Of a stretch of DNA of 63,885 nt, positions 37,751 to 49,625 are shown piece by piece (the stretch's first letter is position 1; each line of letters starts with the position of its first letter). The notes beneath the pieces are model-generated. The model saw only the letters and a program-made list of their open reading frames with translations. It was not told the origin of the DNA and searched no databases. Source of the DNA: Octopus bimaculoides (taxonomy: Eukaryota); the NCBI RefSeq assembly GCF_001194135.2, contig NC_068987.1, forward strand, positions 34,180,393 to 34,244,277. The letters run 5' to 3'. A program made the position numbers and the translations under genes.

Positions 37751-40685
37751 TGCCAATTATTGTGAAATTGGGAAGAAACAATAGGACGTAAACCACTTAA
37801 AAGGTAACACAAAATATACTTCAGTTGGAAGACAATTATTTGCAATAAGATTTGTTAGTAATGTTTTACAACGAATATTAAATTTACTTTATATGTACAA
37901 GAATTTGAAGAGAGAAATATCGACTAGCATATGTCTTATTCATTAGAGTCAAGAGTGACAATCACTCAGATTCTTTAACGTTATCTGATAGTTATCTTCG
38001 TTGCTGTTAATATCGTTTAACCCCATATCAACCTTGAATGAAAAAGATAAGAAGTCGACGGCATTCCAACCCTGGCTATTTCTGCTTTTATAGTGCTATG
38101 TAGAACATAGTTTTGTGATGAGACATATCTGTATAAAAGGTCTTTTAAAGAGTTATGGCTGCTGTCTGAACGCTTTGTTTTCAGTCAAGGCTACCACATC
38201 AGTGTGCTCTCTAATATGCAAATGTAACAAATATTTCTGGTGACGTTATGAAACTCGCTCCATGTTTAATAGCAGGGTATTAAACAAACTACATTTTGAG
38301 GTAAGTCTTTCTTCAATATGTTCGTATATTTTATATTGTTTTAGATTCAATGAATATAATTATAGAAAAGACTACAGTTCAGCAATTCGTAATACTTCAA
38401 GTTCAGCGTGCAAAGTCTTCAGAATGAGGCATCAGTAAATAAGAAGTAAACATTCTAAAAACGGGTACAAATTAAACTCAACATATAAACAGAGTATAAC
38501 AGAACACAATGCTTGTAATATTAACAATGGTAAGTTACATTAATCAGGAATATAGTATTACATGTAAATTATTTCCATGTTTGAGAATTAGGTGTCCATC
38601 CTTAAATGCATATCGCCACAAGTTTCTGCAGATGTGTTTACATGATCCCTTAGGGAGCATTTTCATAGGAAGTACATTGGGTATGAAAGTATTTATTCCG
38701 TGATGTCTTTGAAATAACGTACCAGAAAACAACAGTTAAAAATACAATTATATTATTAAAATGTATAATGCCTCGGAATTTAACGAGAGGTACAAAATAT
38801 TTTTAATGAAATACGTAGGAAATATTGGAGACAGACTCAAATCGAGAGAGCTACTGATGTTTTAGGAAGGGAGGTAAATCAATAGAGATGTGGATATATA
38901 GTAGAATATTGACTTAACATGCATTAACAAGGTTGTCACAGTAGACAGATAATTCACTATATATTCATTTCTAATAAACGGGTTTAAATATCACCAGCGA
39001 TTGATTTAAAACCGCTGATATTATAAGTGATTTTATTGCACTTCGTGAACTTGACATAGGAAAGTGTATCGTGGGGAGGGTGGATTTAAGAGCCGTAATC
39101 TTGAGCATCATGTTATAAATATGATATATTTCACTATTCAAAGTGCTACTGGCTATATTGCAGTCACGAATGTTATTAGTTTTACGATTACACTGCTCTT
39201 TCTTTTTTTTATGTCCGGGTAATGTCGACAGCAATTATAAAGGCAATCAAGAAGTTTAGAAGTTTCTCGGTGTATAGACGTCCGCATCATTTAAATGTTT
39301 ATTGAAATCCACACATGACATGAATTTAGATATTATGGATAAAATTGAAATGTGGTCAATATGTAATAGAAGAGATTCAGTTCACTTTCAGAAATGTACT
39401 TAGCATAGTTTTATTGATTTTGTCTATACGTAAGAATATTAGAAAGATAATGTCTATTTCAGACAAATGTGTGGAAAGTATCCAAATATATTACAGGGCA
39501 GAATCTACGGAAAGATCGCATGGTGAATTCCTAACATCAGAAGGAATTAATTTAAAATCGTAGGATTGTATGTAAGAAGTGAGGTGAGTTATTTAAAGTT
39601 TACTCATGAACCAGTAATTTAACATCACAGTAGTCACACCACCGTATCTTATTGAAATAAGGATTATAATCCAAATGACATTTGCTTTTTGCTATAAGAT
39701 AAAGGACGAATATCATAGTCACCGTTTTGATGTTATCAGAATTACGTATGTTGGTTATAATTGGTTTTCAATAGACTTTACATCTAATGGAAACCACAAG
39801 AGTCAAACCGTGAAAGCATTACGGTGTCTACGATTGAAGGCAATGTAAATATATTTTCTAAATACGAAATTTATTCTGTACTCAAGTAGGTGTGTAATAG
39901 CCATAAACAGATTTCTGTTGTTCTTATTTTATTAGATGGCGATATATTTTACATTAAACGAGGCATAATTTTGGCTTATATGTTAGGCTTAGATATATTA
40001 CTTTTCTTTTGCAAGACAATAAACAGGGTGTAGAATGAATAAATATATCCGCAAAACTTTTAGAGAGAGAATATAGTTGATTTATTCCTGCATTAATTAT
40101 AGGAAAAAATATCGGCGTCATTATTTCACATTTAATGCTCCTGAATCTTATGGCCAAAAATTAATCGAATTACCAATACATATAATCTGACAAGTGTTTA
40201 ATGGTGAATTCGTAATATAAGCATCATAGTGGCATGACTGTTTAGTCATGCATACGTATAAGGTAATATATAATGCACAGAGAAAAAGTGGCACACATGT
40301 CTGTATGTTTATCAATATTAGAATCATGAATAACTAAAATTTCGTGATATTAATGTAGCTAACTATTCACCCTCATGCAGTTATAGACTACATTTTCGCC
40401 GCAGTTTGTAAAGTTAAAGTTATTTCAATTTTTGTTTAAATTCATTCACTTTATGTGATGATTTACAACTTGGATTTCGTTTACTATCTAAAAACAACAA
40501 ACAGAAAAAGGTGAGTAACTGTGTCAAAAACGGTAGAGTGGGGAATAATATTTAGGAGGAGGCTCGTACTTGGATAGTCAAGTTATTCCTGGATCTGTGT
40601 CATTCTTTGTGTGATCTCAATAGGGGTTTCGCATGTATCAGTAAGACTGTCTTATTCAAGTAATCAGTAGTTTGAGTACTATGTA

Positions 40686-41917
40686 TTGGGTCATCCCATA
40701 AATAATGACATTTTTAATACTATTTTTCAAAATTAAGAAAGAAAAATTCTTCAATCTAAAATATGCTCTCCTTCATTTCCTATAATGCTCTTCCATATAT
40801 CCAGTTGACTTGGAAGGCCACTTTTCCAAATTTCACTTGACTGTGACAGACAATACTACACGAGTATTGTTCTGCCTTTGTCTACAGATTTCATATTTTT
40901 CTGTCCAAATGATTTTGAAGACTGCGGAATAAATGATAATCATTTGGCGCAATGTCCGGTGAATATGGTGGATGGGATAAAGTTTCCCATTCAAACTACT
41001 CCAGCTTTTGGAATGACATTCTCGCTGTATGTGGCGGAGCATTGTTATCCTGATAGAAGAGCACATTTCGCCTTGAAAGGAAAGATGGTCATTTTTCTTC
41101 TAGCATTGACTTAAGCCGCACAAGCTGCTCGCAGTACATCTTCTTTATCGTTTGAATTAGGTCTAAAAGTTTTAATTGTACTAAACTTTTCGTATCCAAC
41201 CAAACAGATAACAACTTACGTGGGTGAAGACCTTCTTTTGCCTGGTGTGCCAGCGTTTCTCCTTTCCCTACGCACTGCCTGAAGCACTTCACATTTTATA
41301 GATAACCTAATTCTCGTCACCAGTCACTATGGGGTCTAAAAAACTTCACTTCGAGAGACGTGACTGCAAAGACGAGACCACTCTCTCTGTGCGCGATTAG
41401 ACTGGGAAAGTGTGTTAAGAACACATTGACCCAATTTCCTGATTTTTCCAATGTCTCTGCAGGTGTCGATGAATGGTAAAATGAACAAATCCAATCTTCT
41501 CTGCTAGTTCCGTAAAAGAAAGTCCTCCACGAGCTCTAAAGATCTTCCAGGAGATCTTCTAGACTGTAGTTTCCGTCACAGAATTTCTGGAACCACCGTT
41601 GACACTAGCTTACGCTTATTATTCGATCTCAGTATACTACATTAATATGCCTCGTACTTTTCGTTGCGTTGTTGCCTTTATTGAACTCATAAAGCAAAAT
41701 ATACCGAATATGCTCCTTTGTCACTTCCATTATAACTTTGAAAAAATAACTGTTGGTGTAGGACTGCACTCTTCAAAACTTGCACTAAGAATAAAGACAA
41801 TGTACAATTACTACTTGATTTTATAGCAAGTTGATACAGATAGATTATCCCATCCACCTACGACTTTTAATTCATGCAATCGAAAACGATAAGCGCATTA
41901 TTTCTGGGATGGCCCAA
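40686..41917 (-). mobile_element. Mariner (DD34D-type) DNA transposon, full-length boundaries, inactive transposase
   Basis: TIRs TTGGGTCATCCCATAAATAATG / CATTATTTCTGGGATGGCCCAA; minus-strand QDNNAPPHTARM...*...HPPYSPDIAPNDYHLFRSLQNHL. Confidence 0.92.
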
Positions 41918-42035
41918 TTATATAGTCATCTCAATTCACTGACTTTTCACTTTCTTTCTTTTCGTCTTTAGTATAAACCTGCATACAAAGTGCTGACTTT
42001 CTTTTGAAACCATTCTTGATTAGCTGGTATGGTTA

Positions 42036-42410
42036 ATGCAAGAAAACATCATCATTATTAACAATTGTATCAATACCAACAGATTGCAACGTTTCTCTAA
42101 AAGCAATGGAGAAACTTACAAAGTACAAAGACCTGGAAATAGAGGTAACTCGAATTTGGAGTCCAAAAACAGAAACAGCTCCTATCATAGCATTAGGTAT
42201 GATAAAAAAATATTCAGACTAATACATATGGACTTACAAATATATATAACATACAGAAGATAGCACTACTAGGCACTGCACACATCCCACGTAAAACACT
42301 TTGAATACAGTAACCATAAGAGCACCACAGCAAACCACAGCACATACCCAAGGGACACAGAGCTGCGCTCGATAGTACAGTGAAAGCACGCTATAAAAAT
42401 AGGAATACGG
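42036..42410 (+). mobile_element. R4/Dong LINE 3' fragment of a further family ending in (AAT)n
   Basis: IPTDCNVSLKAMEKLTKYKDLEIEVTRIW...IQKIALLGTAHI (REL), then 3' UTR and ATAATAATG repeats. Confidence 0.82.
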
Positions 42411-42519
42411 CATGATAATAATGATAATAATAATAATAATAATAATAAGAAGAAGAAGAATGATAATAATAATAATATTAATAACCCCTTATACTATAGG
42501 CAGACGGCCTGAAGCTTGT

Positions 42520-42665
42520 AGTGGATGGGCTAGTGGATTTCGTCGAACACAGTGCATAACTGTGGATGAAAGACAAATTCGACCCCGGTGGAATTTGAAC
42601 TCAGAACGTAGCAGAGGATGAGATGTCACTAAGCATTTCGCCCGGCGTGGTAACGATTTTGCCAC
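42520..42665 (-). mobile_element. SINE-F2 5' half
   Basis: Reverse complement of the 27415-27530 head (CTAAGCATTTCGCCCGGCGTGGTAACG; GGAATTTGAACTCAGAACGT). Confidence 0.75.
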
Positions 42666-44100
42666 ATAAACACACACACACACACACGCACACAATTAGG
42701 CACAACGAGAAGTAGAAAAATGGAGGACTACGACTAGGAGAAGTAGAAAAAATGGAGTACTACTACTAGGAGAAGTGGAAAAATTGAAGAAGTAAAACGA
42801 TATGTACGGTCATTGAAAAGATAGAAGAAGAGAAAATAGATAATGGAATATCAGGTGAGACAGGGAAGTTAATATTAGAGAATTGCAATATAATACACTT
42901 AAAAACATGGAGAAGTCAGAGAATAAATAGAAGAAATCAACGTGAACAAGTAATACATTGTATGATGGAATAATTTCGATATCTTAGAGTAATAATGAAA
43001 ACAGATAAATATGAAAAAGGAAAAAAAGAAAAATGAATTTAGTATTCAGTATTACGACTATTATATACTCATCGGAATGCTAAACGTCCTAGCAAAACAA
43101 GGTAGAAGAAAACGAACATAAAAATAATGCTATAAGAATATACCAAGGATGAAATGATGTGTACATAATATATTTCCCTAGATTGCTGGTTGGTAGGGGC
43201 CTTACGCAGCTAAAAGAATTATACTCTATTTAAGGGAAGTATTACACCTTGCATAATATCGAATAACGAACATCTCCTTTAAAGACTCCAAAATAAGAAT
43301 TTAGCGATACAAGAAAATATGGAACCTAATTCATGAAATACTTATTAAGGAAGACATATGTAGAGGCTACAAACAAAAGTCGCGAACGAAAACATCCCCA
43401 CCACATCATTCTGCAGCTTTATTTTCACAATAGTTTCTAACAGTGTTATGAAATACTAATAGAAACTATTAATATATACATGCATCAGAAAATATTAGGT
43501 AGAAAAGAAAGTCTCTATATTGTGGTCCAAACTTAAACAGACACGAAATAAATTCAAATCTATTAGGGATACTTTATTAAAAAAAAAATATTCTATGAAA
43601 TAGATACCTTCAAACCGAAGTAGAAGATTTTATTATCTTAACAGAAATGGAAACGTTATTCATTTGTTAAATTCATGGAAGTAGCACTAACTGAAGTCGG
43701 AAATAAATATGGTATTGTCTGTTCACTCGGAACGGTTTGAAGAGGAACGCGCTGATAAACGGAATTGCTTAGAACGATCAAATCCGGAAAACAGAGAAAA
43801 TTGCAATCCTCAGCACCACAAACACATGCGCGGGCACATACACACACGCACGCACATACACGCATACACAGAGAAGCAAGCACATTCACACACACACACA
43901 CACACACATACGCGCACGCACACATACACACATATATAAACGGTGCACTCCAGACTTTTTGAGATTTTTCAAGACAGATGTATGTTTTATTTCAGAGAAG
44001 TCTAAAGCTCTAATCGCCTTCAAAGTAGGAGCCTCTGACTTCAACGCGTTAATGCAGCTGTCATAGCTCCCAGTCACTTCGTGAAGATCCCCCCCCAAAA

Positions 44101-44260
44101 CATTATTGACATTATTTACATTTAACGGATATTTGTCCTCATCTTGTTTGTTGTTAACACAACGTCTCAACTGATATAGCCTCCATCCTTCATCAGGTGT
44201 GTTGCTGAAATTTTCGAAGCTGGGTTCTCATTCCAAAGATATTTTTCGATGCTGTTGTTG

Positions 44261-44331
<71 letters not shown>

Positions 44332-44520
44332 GTTGCTGGTGTTGTTGTTGTTGTTGTTGTTGTTGGTGGTGGTGGTGTTATTCAGGTCATTGCCTGGAAT
44401 CGAACTCGGAATCTTGGGGTTAGTAGCGTTCTTAATCACTACGCCATATGCCCGTTGGCGTATTGGTTAAGAGTGTGAGCTACTAACCCCAAGATTCCGA
44501 GTTCGATTCCAGGCAGTGAG

Positions 44521-44558
<38 letters not shown>

Positions 44559-44742
44559 CAATATCGAAAAATACCTTAGGAATGAGAACCCAGTATCGAG
44601 ATTTCTCCAAGAGACCTGATGAAGGCTGGAGGGTATATCTGCTCAAACGTTGTGTTAACAACAAACAAGATGAGGACAAATATCCATCAAATGTAAATAA
44701 TGCAAATAATGTATATAATTCCTCATCTCTTAAATATAGAAC
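44101..44742. mobile_element. Head-to-head fold-back of family H1: tRNA-like head + (AAT)n + hammerhead + 3' stem-loop
   Basis: Arms 44101-44446 and 44456-44712 are reverse complements. A-box TGGCGTATTGG at 44456, B-box GTTCGATTCC at 44501; HHR motifs at 44156-44200 (-) and 44611-44656 (+). Confidence 0.9.
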
Positions 44743-44744
44743 CG

Positions 44745-45000
44745 TTCGATCCGAAGGAAGTCCTCCAGAAGGAAGGTACTCGAGACATTTGTCACAGCAT
44801 CGCCCTTCTCAATATCATCAAAATATATGCTGTACTGTTCTCTTTCGACTTGGGGAGCAGCCAAAATTGGCAGGGACAAGATCTGGATTGTGCGGAGTAT
44901 GAGGGAAATGTTTTGCTGCCTATCTGACGAGTATTTGGTTATCCAGATATTATTGTGGACTTGTGCACTGCCGTGGTGCAGGTGAAGAGAACGCTAGTAA
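44745..45000 (+). mobile_element. RTE RT fragment
   Basis: GTRDI...IYAVLFSFDL...RDKIWIV...RVFGYPDIIVDL resembles RTE RT domains 2-3. Confidence 0.45.
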
Positions 45001-45861
45001 AGAGCTCTGGCCTTTTTCAATGAAATCACTTTCTGAACTCCTTATATACCTTTACTAATTAATCGTTGGTCACCCTCTGGACAGAACGATCCCAGAGAAT
45101 GTATATGATAATCTTGTTGGAAAAAAGAAGGTCACCTAGAGCTTCCCGTTGGATTTGCTTTTCATGGCATTCCTGTATCAGAAGTAAGACAAGATACTTC
45201 CGATAGGTACTTGATAAATGGATCATGACTGTAGATGTTGCTTTTAGAACAGGTCAGCAGAGACTTAGTTATTTTGGAATGGTAGTAATGAGCTGAACCA
45301 CCCACATGCTGTCACCAAAGCGTCCTTTCTTCTGTTCTTCCAAGAGCTCACTGGAAGTAAACTTTGCACACATTTTGTGAATCTTCAGTTCTTCACGAAT
45401 ATTTCTGTGTAATAATGTCTGTCTATTTCTATGTAACATTAATAGACAGACCGAGCCTCAATAGAAAAGGCAAATGGAACAATAACACTGACCACTACCA
45501 CACTATGCAGGATGACGACTAAAGACAGAATGGAAGAAAATAATGAGACGCAGATATAAAACAGATACAAACATCAAAATAACTAAACGCATAAATACAA
45601 AAAGGACACATTTGCGTACATTTCAGACGGAGATGAAAATGGAGATAAATAAGTAAATAAATAAACAAGTAATAAATGAATGAATAACTGACTAAATATA
45701 AAAAGGGCACGGACACAAATAGTATAGTAAGCAAACTTATATACATACACACACACACACACATACGCACGCAGACAACCCCCCCCCCAAATATATATAT
45801 ATATATATATATACATACACATATGTATGTATATATGTGGGTATATATATTTATATATATG

Positions 45862-45897
<36 letters not shown>

Positions 45898-45901
45898 TTT
45901 A

Positions 45902-46415
45902 AAATGCAGAGATGCCTATAATAGGACATCTACTCGCTAGAAATAGCAGCAAAAGACTATATACCACAAAAATTAGGGATAATTTCGAAAGGAAATGAAA
46001 AATAAAAACTTTTACCAATCTATATTCTGTACCATGGTTTCATTTATTAATAATGATAACATTCTTTTTGGATAATTTTCTGAAAGAATTTCGGCATTTT
46101 TGTATTTGCTGCCGATTAGGTAAACCGCAAATACGCGGTATATTTTGAAAAATTAGACATAGGAACACGAACCATGCTGCTTATTGACTCGTGCTTCATA
46201 TGTTGTCTGGTCATTTCTGCTGATGATTGTCCGACCTTGTAAGATATATAAATTTTATCTTACTAAAATTGACTTGAAACCATGGTACGGAATATAGATT
46301 GGTAAAAGTTTTTATTTTTCATTTCCTTTCGAAATTATCCCTAATTTTTATGGTATATAGTATTTTGCTGCTATTTCTAGCGAGTAGATGTCCTATTATA
46401 GGCATCTCTGCATTT
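45902..46415. mobile_element. Inverted-repeat element (140-bp arms 45902-46041 and 46276-46415) with a hammerhead at the right-arm junction (family H3)
   Basis: Arms are near-perfect reverse complements, and the left arm ends exactly at the complement of GAAA. Confidence 0.9.
46215..46292 (+). ncRNA. Minimal type I hammerhead ribozyme motif
   Basis: TTCTG-CTGATGA-TTGTC...GTAAGATA/TATCTTAC hairpin...GACTT-GAAA-CCATGG-TA-CGGAA. Helix I is 5 bp, helix III is the palindrome ACCATGGT, predicted cleavage after A46287; the base of helix II is mismatched. Confidence 0.75.
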
Positions 46416-46629
46416 NNNNNNNNNNNNNNNNNNNNNNNNNNNNNNNNNNNNNNNNNNNNNNNNNNNNNNNNNNNNNNNNNNNNNNNNNNNNNNNNNNNNN
46501 NNNNNNNNNNNNNNNNNNNNNNNNNNNNNNNNNNNNNNNNNNNNNNNNNNNNNNNNNNNNNNNNNNNNNNNNNNNNNNNNNNNNNNNNNNNNNNNNNNNN
46601 NNNNNNNNNNNNNNNNNNNNNNNNNNNNA

Positions 46630-46752
46630 AAAACCTCTTCGGTAAACTCATTTATAATCATAAATATATAGGGATTGACAATAACCTGCTTTTCCAACAT
46701 ACTGAGTATGTTGGAGAAGCAGGTTACTGTCAATCCCTATATATTTATGATT
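46630..46752. repeat. Near-perfect hairpin (46656-46752) formed by fold-back of a repeat homologous to 52680-52770
   Basis: TAATCATAAATATATAGGGATTGACA...CCAACATAC-TGA-GTATGTTGG...TGTCAATCCCTATATATTTATGATTA. Confidence 0.85.
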
Positions 46753-46780
46753 ATATATATATATATGTACGTATATAATG

Positions 46781-46849
<69 letters not shown>

Positions 46850-47320
46850 TACTGTTCCCTACATGTATGTGGGGGTGTACATGTGTATATACGATTGGCA
46901 TCTATATAGTTTCAGACTCAAAAATGTACTCCCGGCACTTTGATCGTCGTGGACCTAATAGTGCATAACACTAGCTAATAGTCTATATTTCTAAACAGAA
47001 ATTATAACTATTTACTTTCTCTCATTATCAATCTTCATTGTATTATAATATTTACAATAATTCTTTCCGTATGAAATGCTAAATTTTTATAATCCTCAGT
47101 TGTCACATCTGCTGTTAGGTTCACTATTAATACCAATAGAGTTTTACTGGAACATATATTTGTAAAACACGGAATAAATATAGACATAATGAATTGGTAA
47201 TGGATGGAGGTGCAATTAAATTCACACGAAATATAATAACCGCCAAGAAAAGAAGATATAGATTAAAAATGCGATACCTTCTAAAATGATGTATTTACAG
47301 TGATATTAAATACCACTTCA

Positions 47321-47705
47321 GTGGAGGCGCAATGGCTCAGTGGTTACGGCAGTGGACTCGCGGTCAGAGGATTGCGGTTTCGATTCCCAGACCGGGCGTT
47401 GTGAGTGTTTATTGAGCGAAAACACCGAAAGCTCCACGAGGCTCCGGCTGGGGATAGTGGCGAACCCTGCTGCACTTTTTCACCACAGCTTTCTCTTACT
47501 CTTACTTCCTGTTTCTGTTGTGCCTGTAAATCAGACGGTCAGCTTTGTCACACTGTGCCAGGCTGAATATCCCCGAGAACTACGTTATGGGTAAACGTGT
47601 ATGTGGAGTGCTCAGCCACTGCCACGTTAATTTCACGAGCAGGCTGTTCCGTTGATCGGATCAACTGGAACCCTCGATGTCGTAACCGACGGAGTACCAA
47701 CAAAA
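47321..47705 (+). mobile_element. tRNA(Arg)-like SINE (resembles octopus OR-type SINEs)
   Basis: Head GGCGCAATGGCTCAGTGGTT...GACTCGCGGTCAGAGGATTGCGGTTTCGATTCC parallels tRNA-Arg; it lacks a proper acceptor stem and has a 300-bp unrelated body. Confidence 0.78.
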
Positions 47706-47954
47706 TACCAGTTCGGTTTATTTGTACCCTACCATCTGCTTTGAAATGATTACTTTTTGTAGCAAGTTTGATATCATATTTTCAATAAACTAACAATTAT
47801 CAACTAAGTACATAGATTAATATCAAGGACACTAGCTCTAATTTGAACTTGTCTATATATCTCCTTTCGTGCTATGTTGCATTTAGTATTTTTTTAATTT
47901 CTATTTTGGTAGCAACTTATATTATTAATAAATTTCATTATTACATCACATGGT

Positions 47955-48150
47955 AAAGCGGGGAGTTGGCAGAATCGTTAGCACTTTGGGCACAGGGATT
48001 AGCACAATTTCGTTCGTCTTTGCCTTCTAAGTTCAAATTCCGTCATAGTCTACATTGCCTTTCCTCCTTCGGATTTGATAAAATAAGGATCCGTTGAGTA
48101 CTGAAGTCGACCTAATTTCATGCCTTGTGCCTATAGTAGACAGGGCTATT
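47955..48150 (+). mobile_element. SINE-F2, diverged
   Basis: Colinear with 27413-27633. Confidence 0.7.
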
Positions 48151-48908
48151 ACTTTACATGGATACGATGGCGAGCTGTCAGAATGATTATCGGGCCGAGA
48201 GAAATGCTCAGCAAAGTTGAAATTCCAGTGAGGTAAAATTGACGTTTCGTCCTCTCGGTTGGATAAAATAATGCTAGCTGTGCACAGGGGGATATGTAAT
48301 CGAATTTCACCTGTTCCCAAAATTGCAGGTATTTTACCAAAATTTGAAACCATTTTTACATTGAATGGCACGTACATGAACCTGTGATCGAAGTGAAAAT
48401 GCATTTTCATAATTCCTCCCAGATATATACTTGAAATTTTAAATTGATATATCCATTTTATAAAGTGTTCGTTTTCATATACTTCTTCCTATTATTTGCA
48501 GTGATATACTTCATTAACAATTAGAGGGTATTATTGCTGTTATTAAGCTTTACATAGAATCAATGCAAAGAGCAGCAAACGCGCGTGTCACATATCTGTT
48601 CTATGAAGTAAATTCATTTCTTTTTCTCAGCTGTCAAGTATACGTTGCAAAGGTATCACGTGTGCTATACTTCCTCCTCTGCGCATGTCATGATAAGAAA
48701 AACAACATGCAAAAGTCATTTTGAATGATTTTGGATTTTGATTTTGAATCAAAGTCGATTACTACAACAATATTTGAAGTCTAACGTGTAAGAGGATGTC
48801 ATAATGTCATAATTCAAGTTCAACTGAGAGCAATACCGTGCTGAAATACAAAGACTGAACACATCCATACACACACGCACACACACACATATATACACAC
48901 ACACACAT

Positions 48909-49070
48909 CTGAGTTCAAATTCCGCCGAGGTCGACTGTGCCTTTCATCCTTTCGGGGTCGATTAAATAACTACCAGTTACGCACTGGGGCCGATATAATC
49001 GACTTAATCCGTTTGTCTGTCCTTGTTTGTCCCCTATGTGTGTAGCCCCTTGTGGGTAGTAACGAAATAA
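48909..49070 (+). mobile_element. SINE-F2 subfamily, 5'-truncated
   Basis: CTGAGTTCAAATTCCGCCGAGGTCGAC...CCTTTCATCCTTTCGGGGTCGATT; tail shared with 63350-63420. Confidence 0.8.
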
Positions 49071-49582
49071 CACACACGAGCATGCACGCACGCTAACTTA
49101 CCTGTTTAAAATCTTTGAGATTGGTATGAATGTAGTCTCTCTGAACCGTTACAACATCTCCCACATTGGCGAGAACGAGGCAGAAAGATATCCTCAAATG
49201 GGAAAACTCTGCTCAAACTTGTAAGAAACTGGATTCCGTGGGCTGTGGATTCAGTTGAAGCCACACACAGTGTAATGTGGCAGTACATACAAATACGCAC
49301 CCACTTATACACACATATACACATACAATCATACAAGAGTACATATACACACATACGTACACATGTATATATGTATGTATGTATATATATATATATATAT
49401 ATNNNNNNNNNNNNNNNNNNNNNNNNNNNNNNNNNNNNNNNNNNNNNNNNNNNNNNNNNNNNNNNNNNNNNNNNNNNNNNNNNNNNNNNNNNNNNNNNNN
49501 NNNNNNNNNNNNNNNNNNNNNNNNNNNNNNNNNNNNNNNNNNNNNNNNNNNNNNNNNNNNNNNNNNNNNNNNNNNNNNNNNN

Positions 49583-49625
<43 letters not shown>

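Larger units (their letters stand above)
43940..45520 (-). mobile_element. Mariner relic (pieces at about 43940-44098 and 45000-45520) interrupted by nested inserts
   Basis: Minus strand C-terminus FTK*L...RVEVRGSYFEGD* at 44000-44085; N-terminal half HRNIREELKIHKMCAKF...EEQKK...TCSKSNIYSHDP at 45200-45410. Confidence 0.7.

Noticed and set aside
40686-41917. Active transposase gene
   Set aside because: In-frame stops and frameshifts; no intact transposase, RT or integrase ORF exists anywhere in the window.
42707-42795. CRISPR-like array of about 32-bp repeats
   Set aside because: Contiguous tandem units without unique spacers, eukaryotic context and no cas genes.
44924-44950. CTGACGA plus a hairpin as a hammerhead
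   Set aside because: No GAAA or cleavage triplet; within an RT relic.
45902-46415. Classical MITE interpretation of the inverted repeat
   Set aside because: The arm boundary coincides with a ribozyme core, and homologous sequence occurs as a direct repeat at 52 kb, which does not fit terminal inverted repeats.
47321-47400. tRNA gene
   Set aside because: No complete cloverleaf or acceptor stem, and it continues into a repeat body; it is a SINE head. The same applies to 44456-44515.
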